A stretch of 36,444 bases of DNA, taken from positions 1 to 36,444 of IMG/VR virus record IMGVR_UViG_3300048580_000754; one strand, written 5' to 3'. This document shows, in pieces, positions 10,101 to 17,254 of the stretch (its first letter is position 1; the number at the start of each line of letters is the position of its first letter). The DNA comes from a virus. Taxonomy: Duplodnaviria; Caudoviricetes. The notes beneath the pieces were generated by a model that saw only the letters and a program-made list of their open reading frames with translations, did no database searches and had not been told where the DNA came from. The position numbers and the translations under genes were made by a program.

Positions 10101-10159
10101 GGCACGTCCGCATATTGCGGATACTTGGCGCGCACCCGGTCAATGAGGCGGTCACTCAT
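4109..10159 (-). CDS. Large polyvalent internal virion/ejection protein with ART-like, zincin HExxH and LPD38-like domains
   Basis: N-terminal RAKYPQYADVPDDKL motif; LYRG..RWFT..A..YA segment; HEVAH...EGWAE; C-terminal DFS.GG..IPFFNA.IQG...YQIPRPPE; last gene of the late operon. Confidence 0.8.
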   Translation of the reverse strand: MSDRLIDRVRAKYPQYADVPDDKLTLAIGTKFPAYLERDAKFAANFEAFGQMQANNQDTAARSGFSGQLEGVINAAHEVGFDAARAVDREVIQPLTGGTAAEWAAAVPEAASLMLRQPLREAGKVFSTAGNLLAEDVRKVTGLTSLDPAGPVAQGLQDVGRSAPVLGASMALSAYGVPPMAAFGGPMAAQTYGETGDPQAAFQAGVMGAAIPAVAQAGKSLAVGVNRQLIQRGLMSPQATATQKAVEVLGSQGAVQVFMEGLRLPEYAALPPQERKEAILRNLVANTAFLALDVPGFRRSLPSETQARLSPAEHVAVALRDAANHPEVIEALRQSADEIALAATRPEAGSGEQGDGPLFRREAPLGEVGPGFEAPKMVRLYRGETKPGPPSWGRSGEIDRATFEPPEFRGRWFTPDPDVAKPYARAAHDPDGRIIYVDVPEADLEAYRVVNVPGARKHSLQPRSEFVLPPELVRRARTLPKEQPPGRAAAVPRGEFRIPNAEPGRPLDPFATDQGVGENVPAEGIDGVGMGRRVKQQTPETLPGTRSVAQRMVNAEDRFLEFAMQTAGLTQEQATTALAEYRKAKAIKFDPVGGQFAFTHGGFAEAEVLRRAAGVASAEAPAVPAAESMTKPAEVRPAEPTEPAQAPAAAAPAMQGGMDNLRFVSEVVKRGRAGKGKPLVTDAKDAKAKLIGELGKAVEAAPTMQDTDNPRQKVTIEIPGDGTLTVWNTKEQLGQLLGRAKRLETGASVSGKAPVARAAKMDVVRVIEDARKVYGDRRAADVLQRQAEDMELEIEPKQRELLAEAAVRLRNSLPPEPPPVAAPAEPPPALNAPPKEGVVAQTEPARPSKPVLGGKVDFLIPARISGNPAVKRSGQMVTLPADPAHQYVVAADGKTWAVYEYTTGQRPGDTYAKTRAGAIAKAEANIEKAGGSAKMAELIGGRERINEDTVGEAKGGAAGSPLEAQGQFGLPALPAGTATAVPSKRMVVTMERLVPGFTTVAKIEARLSAIVDVARGIADASPIRSARLSKRYAGVYTTPSRVIRMWDRLNLPTTAHEVAHALADALYATTSVGKVRGIPPAAGRELVALGKALYGKTRPNAGYAGEGWAELVSDYLTTDDIAKRAPNATAWLEGTVMPAFPEVAAAMRQARAEIDVWRGMGARERMRAQTGQADGKLARLRQELGKYASREGFVEQFAPYEALGKRFKAVAGRALRADEDPFQIATARRGQAGAILAYMADEGMIDPAGNRTGGRSLREALAPVTKGLRADQVLARNRRAADFWSYLWSRRAIERWGQDKNPGISLADAQYLRQTLETPDFQLAASRYYEWWDGVLDYLGASSPANAELVKRIRNGSRDYVPLARVLDANQSRPGENQGVGGALRRMRGSSLPVKELDVQTLLAAEQVISRAHRDQVMESIFHLAQQPGMGGMIEEVPRAQVKEQVNVEKLRQQLEGMGVDTTNIPADTLLEYYTGADSPKGSDPIVARKVNGETKWYFVRPDLFGALEGIQPARLPLVADLLLGVPARTFRLGTTGLRPAFSLFTNPARDLQTFLMQSTAGANPLRRVAEYFGALGDVVKSGLTRQPSAYRDLFDRLGVMAGQPLGGDVGFARREAKGLFHGKVFKRVTAPIETLRELLSFTEAVPRIAELRLRSKELGWSPGQPLTPEQALALTIAAKRVTTDFSAGGSYAKLWSQAIPFFNANIQGTRGFLRTLQERPAQAVLYGFSMFTVPALYAWWQNKDEDWYRALPWRERYLYWNVPDGNGNVYQIPRPPEWQNAFAVIPEALLDAAHRDNPEAVNAAFGHVFATVNPFDLPVVGKIAWEQARNHMDFFDRPIVPRAQVDLRPGEQSGPYTSWLATTLGRAFPDKVSPRRVDHVIRGVGGGAASDTVAGLEQMLGLRPGSTRQEPSELPVVGKAFRRGGEFSAVNRQISELYDLHFYWQARARNKELAPHLRAFANMLEGRMESVRLAQRIAEQTEDLRARQSVYRDLTKLADTLLTEAKAAKFLPTQQ

Positions 10160-10162
10160 GGG

Positions 10163-11101
10163 TCAGTTGAACAGTCCGAGGGGGTCGTTGACCGCGCCGG
10201 CCGCGGTGGGGGCGGCGGCCGGTGCAGTGCCGTTCAGCAGGCCGTCCAGTTCCTCCGTCAGTTTCTGGCGGCGGGGCAGGTTGGATTCAACCTTGAGCTG
10301 GGCGAGGATGGCATTCACCCGCGTCTTGGGATCCACGCCCTTGGCCGGAGTGCGGACCAACTGCATGCCGTTGCGCCCGGGAATCGCCTGCCCGATCACG
10401 TTGCCCTCGCTGTCGGTCACCGCCACGGCCTGCGCCTGCTGCTTGGCCGGGTTGGTGCCGGTGGGAATCAGGCTGTTGCCAAACGTGGCGACGCGCGCCC
10501 CGGTCACGGGATCTTCCTGGAAGGCCAGCTCGGCCCCCGCATTCCCCCGCTGCCCCATCTGTTCCGCCCGGAGCAGTTGCGCAAGCGATGTGGGTTCGAG
10601 CGTGAGCCCGCTTTGGCCGGCGGCCTGCACGATGTCGGCGAGGCCCACGTCGCGGGCGGGTTGCGGTTCGCCGGCCAGCGTGTTGGCGAAGTCCATGCTC
10701 GGTCCGCCGCCGGTGCCCATGAGGCTGGCGAGCGATTGGGTAAAGCGTTGCCCCGCGGCGTCGCGTTCGTTGGCCCGGTTCATCTGGCCCTGTTGCAGGT
10801 CGGCATACACCTTCGACAGGTTATATTCCCGGTCCTTGTTCGACTGGTCCTGTGCCAGCTTGTCCTTGGCCGCCTTCATGCCGATGCCGGCCACGTAGCC
10901 TTCGAGGTCGGCGAGGCCCATGGTCTGCACCTCGTCCTTCAGCTCGGGGTTGTAGATGCCGATGGTCTTCCGCAGCGACGACGCCTTCTGCGACTGCTGC
11001 TTGCGTTGCTTCACGGCGTCGGCGAGAGAATCGGCGGCGCCGGTGATGCCGCGGAACAGGAATTCCCCGGTGCGATTGGTAACGGTGGGCTGGTAGGGCA
11101 T
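10163..11101 (-). CDS. Putative internal virion (ejection) protein
   Basis: Q/A/G-rich helical protein immediately upstream of the large ejection protein. Confidence 0.6.
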   Translation of the reverse strand: MPYQPTVTNRTGEFLFRGITGAADSLADAVKQRKQQSQKASSLRKTIGIYNPELKDEVQTMGLADLEGYVAGIGMKAAKDKLAQDQSNKDREYNLSKVYADLQQGQMNRANERDAAGQRFTQSLASLMGTGGGPSMDFANTLAGEPQPARDVGLADIVQAAGQSGLTLEPTSLAQLLRAEQMGQRGNAGAELAFQEDPVTGARVATFGNSLIPTGTNPAKQQAQAVAVTDSEGNVIGQAIPGRNGMQLVRTPAKGVDPKTRVNAILAQLKVESNLPRRQKLTEELDGLLNGTAPAAAPTAAGAVNDPLGLFN

Positions 11102-11103
11102 GG

Positions 11104-11523
11104 TCAGGCAGCGGTGGGGGTCAACTGGTCACGGGCGACGATGGGCCACAGGTCGGCGGCGATGGCCTGCATGTGGATCCAGCCGCCGCAAAGGAAGGCG
11201 ACGGCCAGCGGCATCAGGTTGCCGCTCAGCCGCAGGGTGTTGGCCAGCGGACCCGTGGGGGCGATGACGCTGGTGGAGTAAAGGCTGGCGATCAGCGCAT
11301 GCACGGTGGCGAGCGCCATGTGATTGGCCCGCCAGAATTCGCAGTTGGTGAGCACGGCCACCTCCATGCAGCGGTCCACGGCGTTCACGCGATGCCGGCC
11401 GGGCTCGTCAATGTCGTCGTCCACCTGGTGCGCGTGCGCGTGGAAGGCCATGAGGAACAGGAACGCATCGTCCCGGTTCAGCGCGGCCCGGCGGTAGAGG
11501 TTAAAGAGTGGCGGCACGTTCAT
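11104..11523 (-). CDS. Helical protein with DDxxD motif (isoprenoid-synthase-like)
   Basis: HQVDDDIDE motif; ATGA coupling at 11520-11523. Confidence 0.55.
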   Translation of the reverse strand: MNVPPLFNLYRRAALNRDDAFLFLMAFHAHAHQVDDDIDEPGRHRVNAVDRCMEVAVLTNCEFWRANHMALATVHALIASLYSTSVIAPTGPLANTLRLSGNLMPLAVAFLCGGWIHMQAIAADLWPIVARDQLTPTAA

Positions 11524-11966
11524 GGCAGCAACGAACAGCGAAGGCGCGAAGGCGCGAAAAGGCTTTTGCCATCCTCCGTTCCTGCTTTCCTGCCTTCCAA
11601 ATTGTCCTCTCCGATTTCCCGCAGTTCCAAATCCGTGGCGGCGCTGGTCATGGGCACGCCGGGCAGCCACCGCTCGAAGTTGGCGAACAGGCCGAACCAG
11701 CCGAACGTCATCGCGGCGTGGGCGCAGTGCGGGGCCACCTCGAAGGCGCGGCCGATGTGGCGCCACGTCATCAGCTTGCCGGGCTGCTGGTCGCGCCACC
11801 ACGCCATGCGCCCGCCCAGGAAGATCAGCGTGCTGCGGATGTGCGGGTGGACATGGCGGGGAATGAAGGCATGGCGCGGCGCCAGCCAAAGTTCCAACTG
11901 GCGACCCCGGCCCAGCGGCAGCGTGAGCCCGTAGCACCCGAAGCGGCGTTGGAAGAAGCGTTTCAC
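11520..11966 (-). CDS. Cupin-fold protein
   Basis: IPRHVHPH...FEVAPHCAHAA cupin motifs; GTGA-coupled start; C-terminus built from B and A repeats. Confidence 0.6.
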   Translation of the reverse strand: MKRFFQRRFGCYGLTLPLGRGRQLELWLAPRHAFIPRHVHPHIRSTLIFLGGRMAWWRDQQPGKLMTWRHIGRAFEVAPHCAHAAMTFGWFGLFANFERWLPGVPMTSAATDLELREIGEDNLEGRKAGTEDGKSLFAPSRLRCSLLP

Positions 11967-12277
11967 AACGAGGACAGGAGGCTGCTCTTGCCGGCGCTCT
12001 TGGCCGCGGCGCCGAGCGCGGCGGAATCCTTGGCCTTGAAGCCCAGCGCCTGCCGGACCGAATCGCGGGCGTCGTCGCGGAACTGCTCCCGGCGTTCGGC
12101 CAGGCCCCGGCGAAACTCGGTGCCGCGCATGAGCAGGCTGTCGTCGGCCACGCCCAGTTCCTGCATGCGCTCCATGCGTTTCACCCAATCCTCCTCGGAC
12201 ATGGGCTTGGTCATGCTGCCGGCGCCGGGCTGGATTCCCCGCGGCATCGGGGTGGCGTTGTAGTTGTTCATGGTCAC
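11963..12277 (-). CDS. Hypothetical virion-module protein
   Basis: Overlaps both neighbours by 4 nt; within the ejection-gene cluster. Confidence 0.55.
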   Translation of the reverse strand: MTMNNYNATPMPRGIQPGAGSMTKPMSEEDWVKRMERMQELGVADDSLLMRGTEFRRGLAERREQFRDDARDSVRQALGFKAKDSAALGAAAKSAGKSSLLSSL

Positions 12278-13128
12278 AGGGCTGAGCCCGCGGCGGAAAT
12301 GCCGGCGCCCGCGAGCGCGGCTGAATTGTTGGCGCTGGACACGGCGGCGTCGCGCTGGCTGTTGGCGTTCCAGTCGAGGATGTTCGAGGCCCCGCCGTAG
12401 ATGCTGCCGGTGGTGCCCTGCGCGTTCTGGTTGCCCATGCCCAGCAGGCCCATGCCCGCATTGGCGCCGCTCGCCCGGCCGGTCACCAGTTGGAACGGGT
12501 CGCCGCTCGTGGCTTGGTTCAGCCCGGCAATGCCCGTGGCGCGCTGGAAGTTGTTCTGGAAGTAGCGTTCCCCCGCGTCGCTGGTGGCGAGGGCTTCCAT
12601 GATGGCGTCGTTGGCGCCAAAGCCAAAGCCGCGCCCGGCCTGCGCGCTGCGGAGGTTCTGCTCCACCTGCCGCTGGATGCCCGGCGGAAGCTGCCGGCCG
12701 GCGCTGATGCCCTCCAGGGCGCTCGCGTTGAGCGCCTGCATGAGGGCCTGCTGCTCGGGATTGGCAGCGCGGAATGCCTGCACGGCGCCGGGCCCCAGTC
12801 GCGTCACGTCGGCAATGTCCTGCTCGCGCTGCGCGGTCGAGGCTTCTCGATCCGCCCGGGCGGCGGTCGGGCTGGCGTCCTCGAAGTAGATGTCGAGCAG
12901 GCCGCGGGTGCCGTCGTCGGGCGAGCCCAGCAGTGTCTGCTCCAGTTGCCGGCGGTTGATGGCGCCCAGTCGCGGCGAATACTTCTCGGTGGCGGCCAGC
13001 GAAGCCTCCGTCTCGGCGGCCACGTCGCGGGCCTGGATGTCGGGCGACATGTCGAACCGCGTGCCGGCGGGTGCCCGGAGTCGCCAGACATGGCCGGCGG
13101 CAAACTCTTGGTTGAGGAAGTCCTTCAT
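12274..13128 (-). CDS. Small ejection/DNA-transfer protein (P22 gp7 / T7 gp14 position)
   Basis: A/Q/G/N-rich with hydrophobic Gly/Ala C-terminus; first gene of the ejection cluster. Confidence 0.6.
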   Translation of the reverse strand: MKDFLNQEFAAGHVWRLRAPAGTRFDMSPDIQARDVAAETEASLAATEKYSPRLGAINRRQLEQTLLGSPDDGTRGLLDIYFEDASPTAARADREASTAQREQDIADVTRLGPGAVQAFRAANPEQQALMQALNASALEGISAGRQLPPGIQRQVEQNLRSAQAGRGFGFGANDAIMEALATSDAGERYFQNNFQRATGIAGLNQATSGDPFQLVTGRASGANAGMGLLGMGNQNAQGTTGSIYGGASNILDWNANSQRDAAVSSANNSAALAGAGISAAGSAL

Positions 13129-13153
13129 CTTCGTTGTCTCCGTTCCCTTCTGT

Positions 13154-13309
13154 TCAGTCCGTAACCGCCACCAACAAACTCTCGTGCAGGTAAAGCGTCG
13201 TGCCGTCGGTCGTGCGCCGGCAGATCCACACGCGGCCGGGCAGGGGGGACTCCGGCACCACGAGGTGCAGGTCGCCTTGGCGGTCGCGGTAAACGTGGGT
13301 AGGGGTCAT
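13154..13309 (-). CDS. Small hypothetical protein (51 aa)
   Basis: ATGA-coupled; C-terminal part of the ORF-track entry 13154..13885. Confidence 0.5.
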   Translation of the reverse strand: MTPTHVYRDRQGDLHLVVPESPLPGRVWICRRTTDGTTLYLHESLLVAVTD

Positions 13310-13713
13310 GCGAAACAAAGTTGGTCGGCCGTGGGCTGGTTGGCGCGATGCCCGCACAGCCGGGCGAGGCGTTCCACGTATTCGAGGGAGTAGAGTTTGC
13401 GGCGGCCGGGATGGCTGAGGTTCGTCTTGCGTTCCGAGCACGGCACGCGGTCGGCCAGCAATTCCTCCACCCACGGATATTGCCGGCGGAACTCCAGCAC
13501 CAGCAGGCCCGTGGCGTCGGCATCCACGGCCATCACGTTGGCCACGTAGAGCGTGCCATCCTCCTGGAACCAGCCGATGCCGAGCGCCTGTCCCGGCAAC
13601 CAGATGCACCGGACATGCCGCTGCGTGAGGTAACGCCGCAGCGTGTCCTCGGGCGCCGCCTTGAGCTTGGGCGTGCCGTGCTCGCGGATGAACTGGAGAA
13701 GGTCGGAGTTCAT
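13306..13713 (-). CDS. Possible GNAT-like tail assembly protein (P22 gp14 / T7 gp13 position)
   Basis: ATGA-coupled; GTLYVANVMA strand-helix pattern; position between tail and ejection genes. Confidence 0.45.
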   Translation of the reverse strand: MNSDLLQFIREHGTPKLKAAPEDTLRRYLTQRHVRCIWLPGQALGIGWFQEDGTLYVANVMAVDADATGLLVLEFRRQYPWVEELLADRVPCSERKTNLSHPGRRKLYSLEYVERLARLCGHRANQPTADQLCFA

Positions 13714-15128
13714 GCGAGCAGGCGGACTTCCAGCGCGGCCCGGGTGCTGGCCACGTCGCCCACGCTTGGAACGCTGAAGCCAATCCAGAAACCCTCGGTC
13801 GTGGGCGTGGTCGAGTAGGGATGATGCGGATACGCCGGCCCGCCCGACAACGCGGTGGCGATGGACGCGACGTTGTAGTTCGCACTGGCCAGCGCCGTGG
13901 TGAAGTCCACGAAGTAGCGGGTCAGGCTGTTGTTCTTCACGATGCCGTCGATGTTGTTCGGCGTGCCGCTGAAGGGGCTGGCGGTCCAGTAGCGCACCGT
14001 GTTCACGCTGGCGCCGGTGCTGCTGATGTTCACCAGGTCGCTCAGGCTGGCGGCAATCGCCCCGGCCTTGGTGGTGTGCAGCTTCACCGTGTCGACATCC
14101 ACCACGTCCACGTAGTAGGGCACGTGGGCAGTCGTGCCGCCGATGGTCGTGGCGTCGAACCACATGAGTTGGCCGTCGCTCCAGCCGTGCGCGGTGATCG
14201 TCACCGTGTCGGCCGTGGCATCGCTGCTCACCGTGGCAATCGTGCTCGTGCCCGCGCTGGGGTCGAACACCGCCATGGCGGCCGACGTGCTGGCCGGCGC
14301 ACTGCCCGCGCTGGCCGCGGTCACCCGGCCGTTGACATCGAGCGTGATGCTCGTGGGGTAGGCAATCGCCCCGGCCCCGGGCCCCACGCTGGGCAGGGTG
14401 AAGCTGGTCGAGTTGAGCAACTGCCAGTAAGCCCCGTCGAACGTCACCGCCACAAACCGGCCGGCGGTCAGGGCGCCCGCGGCCACCGCGGCGCCGTCGG
14501 GCGCCCGCACGGACACGGCGCCCAGGCCGTTCACGTTCAGCGTGCTGGCGCCGGTGTTGGTCAGGGCCGCGCCCACCTTTAGCACCAGCAACCGGCCGGT
14601 CAGGTCGCTCACGTCGCCGATGGTGATGCCGGCCAGCGTGGTGGTGTAGGTGTTCACCGTGCCGCTTAGCTCGCCATACAGGCGGTCCGGCAGGTTGGGT
14701 TCGGCCAGTTGCCAGTAAGTGCCGTCGTAACGCACTTCGACCATGGCCCCGCTGCGGAGGTCGCCGGCTTCCACGTCCTGGTCGGCCAGCTTCTTGAGCG
14801 CGACGGCGCCCAGGCTGTTCACGTTCAGGGTGGCGGCCCCGGTGTTGGTGAAGTTCAGCTTGAGGATCAGCCACGCGCCCGCGGTCAGGGCCGACAGCCC
14901 CGGGGACGGCGCGGCCACGTAGGCATTGGCGCTGCCCGTGGTCAGCGCGTAGGCGATGGGACCGGGCTTGACGTGCGTGCTGTTGACCGAACTCGCCGCG
15001 AGTTCCGAGGAACCGACGGACCCGGCAATCGTGATGGTCGGCAACGCCGCGGCGTTGAGGTCGTCCACGTCAAACCGCACCTCCGAGGTGAAGGTGTAGC
15101 CGCGGGCGACTGAAATGGTAAGTGCCAT
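13710..15128 (-). CDS. Tail fibre protein
   Basis: Two tandem TNTGA.TLNVN.LGA...DG.YWQL domains; T/A/S/G-rich. Confidence 0.75.
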   Translation of the reverse strand: MALTISVARGYTFTSEVRFDVDDLNAAALPTITIAGSVGSSELAASSVNSTHVKPGPIAYALTTGSANAYVAAPSPGLSALTAGAWLILKLNFTNTGAATLNVNSLGAVALKKLADQDVEAGDLRSGAMVEVRYDGTYWQLAEPNLPDRLYGELSGTVNTYTTTLAGITIGDVSDLTGRLLVLKVGAALTNTGASTLNVNGLGAVSVRAPDGAAVAAGALTAGRFVAVTFDGAYWQLLNSTSFTLPSVGPGAGAIAYPTSITLDVNGRVTAASAGSAPASTSAAMAVFDPSAGTSTIATVSSDATADTVTITAHGWSDGQLMWFDATTIGGTTAHVPYYVDVVDVDTVKLHTTKAGAIAASLSDLVNISSTGASVNTVRYWTASPFSGTPNNIDGIVKNNSLTRYFVDFTTALASANYNVASIATALSGGPAYPHHPYSTTPTTEGFWIGFSVPSVGDVASTRAALEVRLLA

Positions 15129-15237
15129 GCGCCTGTCGAGGATTCAGGCGCGGGAGCTGGCGGCCCCTGCTACATTGGCGGGCATAAATTAGGCCGGGTC
15201 ACCGCCCGTGGCAAGTGCGAACCGGCCGGGGAAGGGG

Positions 15238-15602
15238 TGAACAGCGAAGACGCGAAGGCGTGGAGAATCTGGAAGGCAGGAAATCAGGAAGCCGAAGCAG
15301 GGAGCTATGGCCATGGCCACCCGAGTGGCGTAGATGCGAGCGCTTCGCCGTCCATCCAGAAGGTGGCGGTGGTCGTCGTCTGCGAGATCCCCACACACTT
15401 CAGAATCTCAAACGGGCGGCCGGGATGTTGGCGCGACAGGCGTTCGGCCTCGGTCTGCGCACTTGAAAGCGTGGCGTGTTTCACCTTTGGGACGGACGTG
15501 CCATCAACCCAGAGGATGCGGTAATACGGTTTCATCAGTTTCTATATTCCTGCTTTCCTGTTTTCCAGATTCACCTTCGCGCCTTCGCGTCTTCGCTGTT
15601 CA
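15238..15602. mobile_element. Inverted-repeat-flanked gene cassette (A+B arms)
   Basis: Arms 15238-15290 and 15547-15602 are reverse complements (outer 23 nt identical, inner 26 nt with 3 mismatches) around one gene. Confidence 0.7.
15305..15535 (-). CDS. Small phage hypothetical protein (cassette cargo)
   Basis: PKVKH.T...A..EAERL...HPG..F.IL; lower GC than flanks. Confidence 0.7.
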   Translation of the reverse strand: MKPYYRILWVDGTSVPKVKHATLSSAQTEAERLSRQHPGRPFEILKCVGISQTTTTATFWMDGEALASTPLGWPWP

Positions 15603-16259
15603 TTGGGTCTGCGGTTGCACTAACCCCCGGATGGCGGCCACGCGGTCCACGCCGCGGGCGGTGGTGGCGTCGTAGCTGCAATGGATCAGCCGGGCGTGCA
15701 TCGCCGCGGGCACGCCGTAGCAGGCCATCACCCCGCGCACGTCGTGGGTCTGGTCGTTCCGCCACAGTTCGTGCCAGAGATACATGTCGGACGTGTGCAG
15801 TTGGCCGTTGATCACGTCCAGTTCCCGGTCCACGCCCCGCAGCACATCGTCCACAAACTCCTGATAATGGCCGCGGGTGCCCAGCAGCAGGCCGGCGTTG
15901 GGATGCGCCCCGTCATGCCACGCGAGCAACCGCGCTTGCAGGCCATGCTGCGCCATACCGTCGCGGGCTTCCTCGGCGGTGAAGCCCACGTTCACCAAAT
16001 CATCGTCGCACCAGAAGCCACCCACTTGGGCGGCCACCAGCCACCGGCGCCAGCAGGCATCCTCGTAGGCGCGGGGATTCACCGTCGGCAGGCCGTTGAT
16101 CACCGTCTCGTAACTGCCCGCCTGCGGATGCGCGCTCGCCTCGGCCCGGGTATGCACCACCGGTTCCCAGCCATGCCGCCGCCACGACTCCGCCCACAGG
16201 CTCAGGATCTCCGCCCGGTCCATCCCTGGCACCGGCTCGTGATAGGTGTGAACGGTCAT
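15600..16259 (-). CDS. Putative glycosyltransferase (DXD / GT32-like)
   Basis: SWRRHGWE...RW....GGFWCDDD...NAGL pattern; ATGA-coupled start. Confidence 0.65.
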   Translation of the reverse strand: MTVHTYHEPVPGMDRAEILSLWAESWRRHGWEPVVHTRAEASAHPQAGSYETVINGLPTVNPRAYEDACWRRWLVAAQVGGFWCDDDLVNVGFTAEEARDGMAQHGLQARLLAWHDGAHPNAGLLLGTRGHYQEFVDDVLRGVDRELDVINGQLHTSDMYLWHELWRNDQTHDVRGVMACYGVPAAMHARLIHCSYDATTARGVDRVAAIRGLVQPQTQ

Positions 16260-17164
16260 GCCTTCGTTTCCTCCTTCGCGCCTTCGCGCCTTCGCTGTTC
16301 CATCTGCCGCTGCTCCCTGAGCACCCGGATCAAGCTCCCGTCCTTGTTGCGATGGAACACCACCGCCTCCTTGGGAATCCGCCGCAGGTCGTCCACCGTG
16401 TGGAACGTGGGCGGATGATCGAGCCGGCCAAACTCTTGGTGAAACAGCGCGGTGGCGTGCGCCTGCGGAGTCAGCACGTCCGCCATGGCGATGTCCCACG
16501 CGGTCCCCATCTGGTCGGCGCGGAAATGGTGGAACACGCTGTGATGATACGCCGCGTTGCCGGTCAGGTGCCGCGGGTAGTCATTGGTCGCCGGCTCGAT
16601 GAAGCCCATGTAGGGCCGGCCGCACGCGGCATACTCGGCGCGGATCGCCTCGAACCAGCCGGGCTTGAGCGGGATGCAGTCGGGTTCGTTGAACCAGAAG
16701 TCCCGGTGGTGGCAGCGGCAATGCTCGGCTGCGGCCAAGAAACTCCAGTTGGCACCCGTCGGCCACCCTTCCCTAGGGAGGTCGAAAGGCGTAAACACAA
16801 CGTCGTAGGTCGCAAAGGCGGCGCTAGTCATGTGTGCCACTTCGTCGGCCAACTCCTGCGAGCCCGGCACTACCAGAACCGCCTTGGCCGGCACTTGGCC
16901 CAGCTCGGCAATCCACCCCAGCAACTGCCGGAACCGGTGTTCATCCGCCGCACAGAAGGGCAGCACACACACAAACTCCCGCCCCGGCGTGAACTCCACC
17001 TTGGCCGTCGAGTGCTTCAGTTGCCGGCGCAGGTCGTCCCGCTCGCGGAGCAGGCGGTTGACCACTTCGCTGGGTTGCGCTTGGGGAGGTCCTTGAACTA
17101 GGGGCGGTCCCAACTCCACCCGTTCCGATTTGCGTCGTCCGAAGACACGCGACAAAAGATTCAT
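16256..17164 (-). CDS. Putative GT-A glycosyltransferase
   Basis: GWPTGAN, FWFNEPDCIPL, HLTGNAAY, WD and FHRNK motifs; N-terminal coiled coil. Confidence 0.6.
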   Translation of the reverse strand: MNLLSRVFGRRKSERVELGPPLVQGPPQAQPSEVVNRLLRERDDLRRQLKHSTAKVEFTPGREFVCVLPFCAADEHRFRQLLGWIAELGQVPAKAVLVVPGSQELADEVAHMTSAAFATYDVVFTPFDLPREGWPTGANWSFLAAAEHCRCHHRDFWFNEPDCIPLKPGWFEAIRAEYAACGRPYMGFIEPATNDYPRHLTGNAAYHHSVFHHFRADQMGTAWDIAMADVLTPQAHATALFHQEFGRLDHPPTFHTVDDLRRIPKEAVVFHRNKDGSLIRVLREQRQMEQRRREGAKEETKA

Positions 17165-17254
17165 GCGAGCCAATGTAGATTGGCTCAGGAGTGGATGCGC
17201 GGACAGTGCCACCGCGCCCATCCACTATCAACTCAAATCTCCCTCCACCGCCCG

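Noticed and set aside
4109-10159. Tape measure protein or virion RNA polymerase
   Set aside because: No tail tube genes and no polymerase motifs recognised; position and LPD38-like end fit an ejection protein
15238-15602. Autonomous IS element
   Set aside because: The cargo is 76 aa with no DDE or HUH motif, and there is no clear target-site duplication
11104-16499. Long ORF-track versions 11104..11937, 11520..12461, 13154..13885, 13306..14874 and 15600..16499
   Set aside because: Their N-terminal extensions overlap other genes; internal starts with ATGA/GTGA coupling fit better
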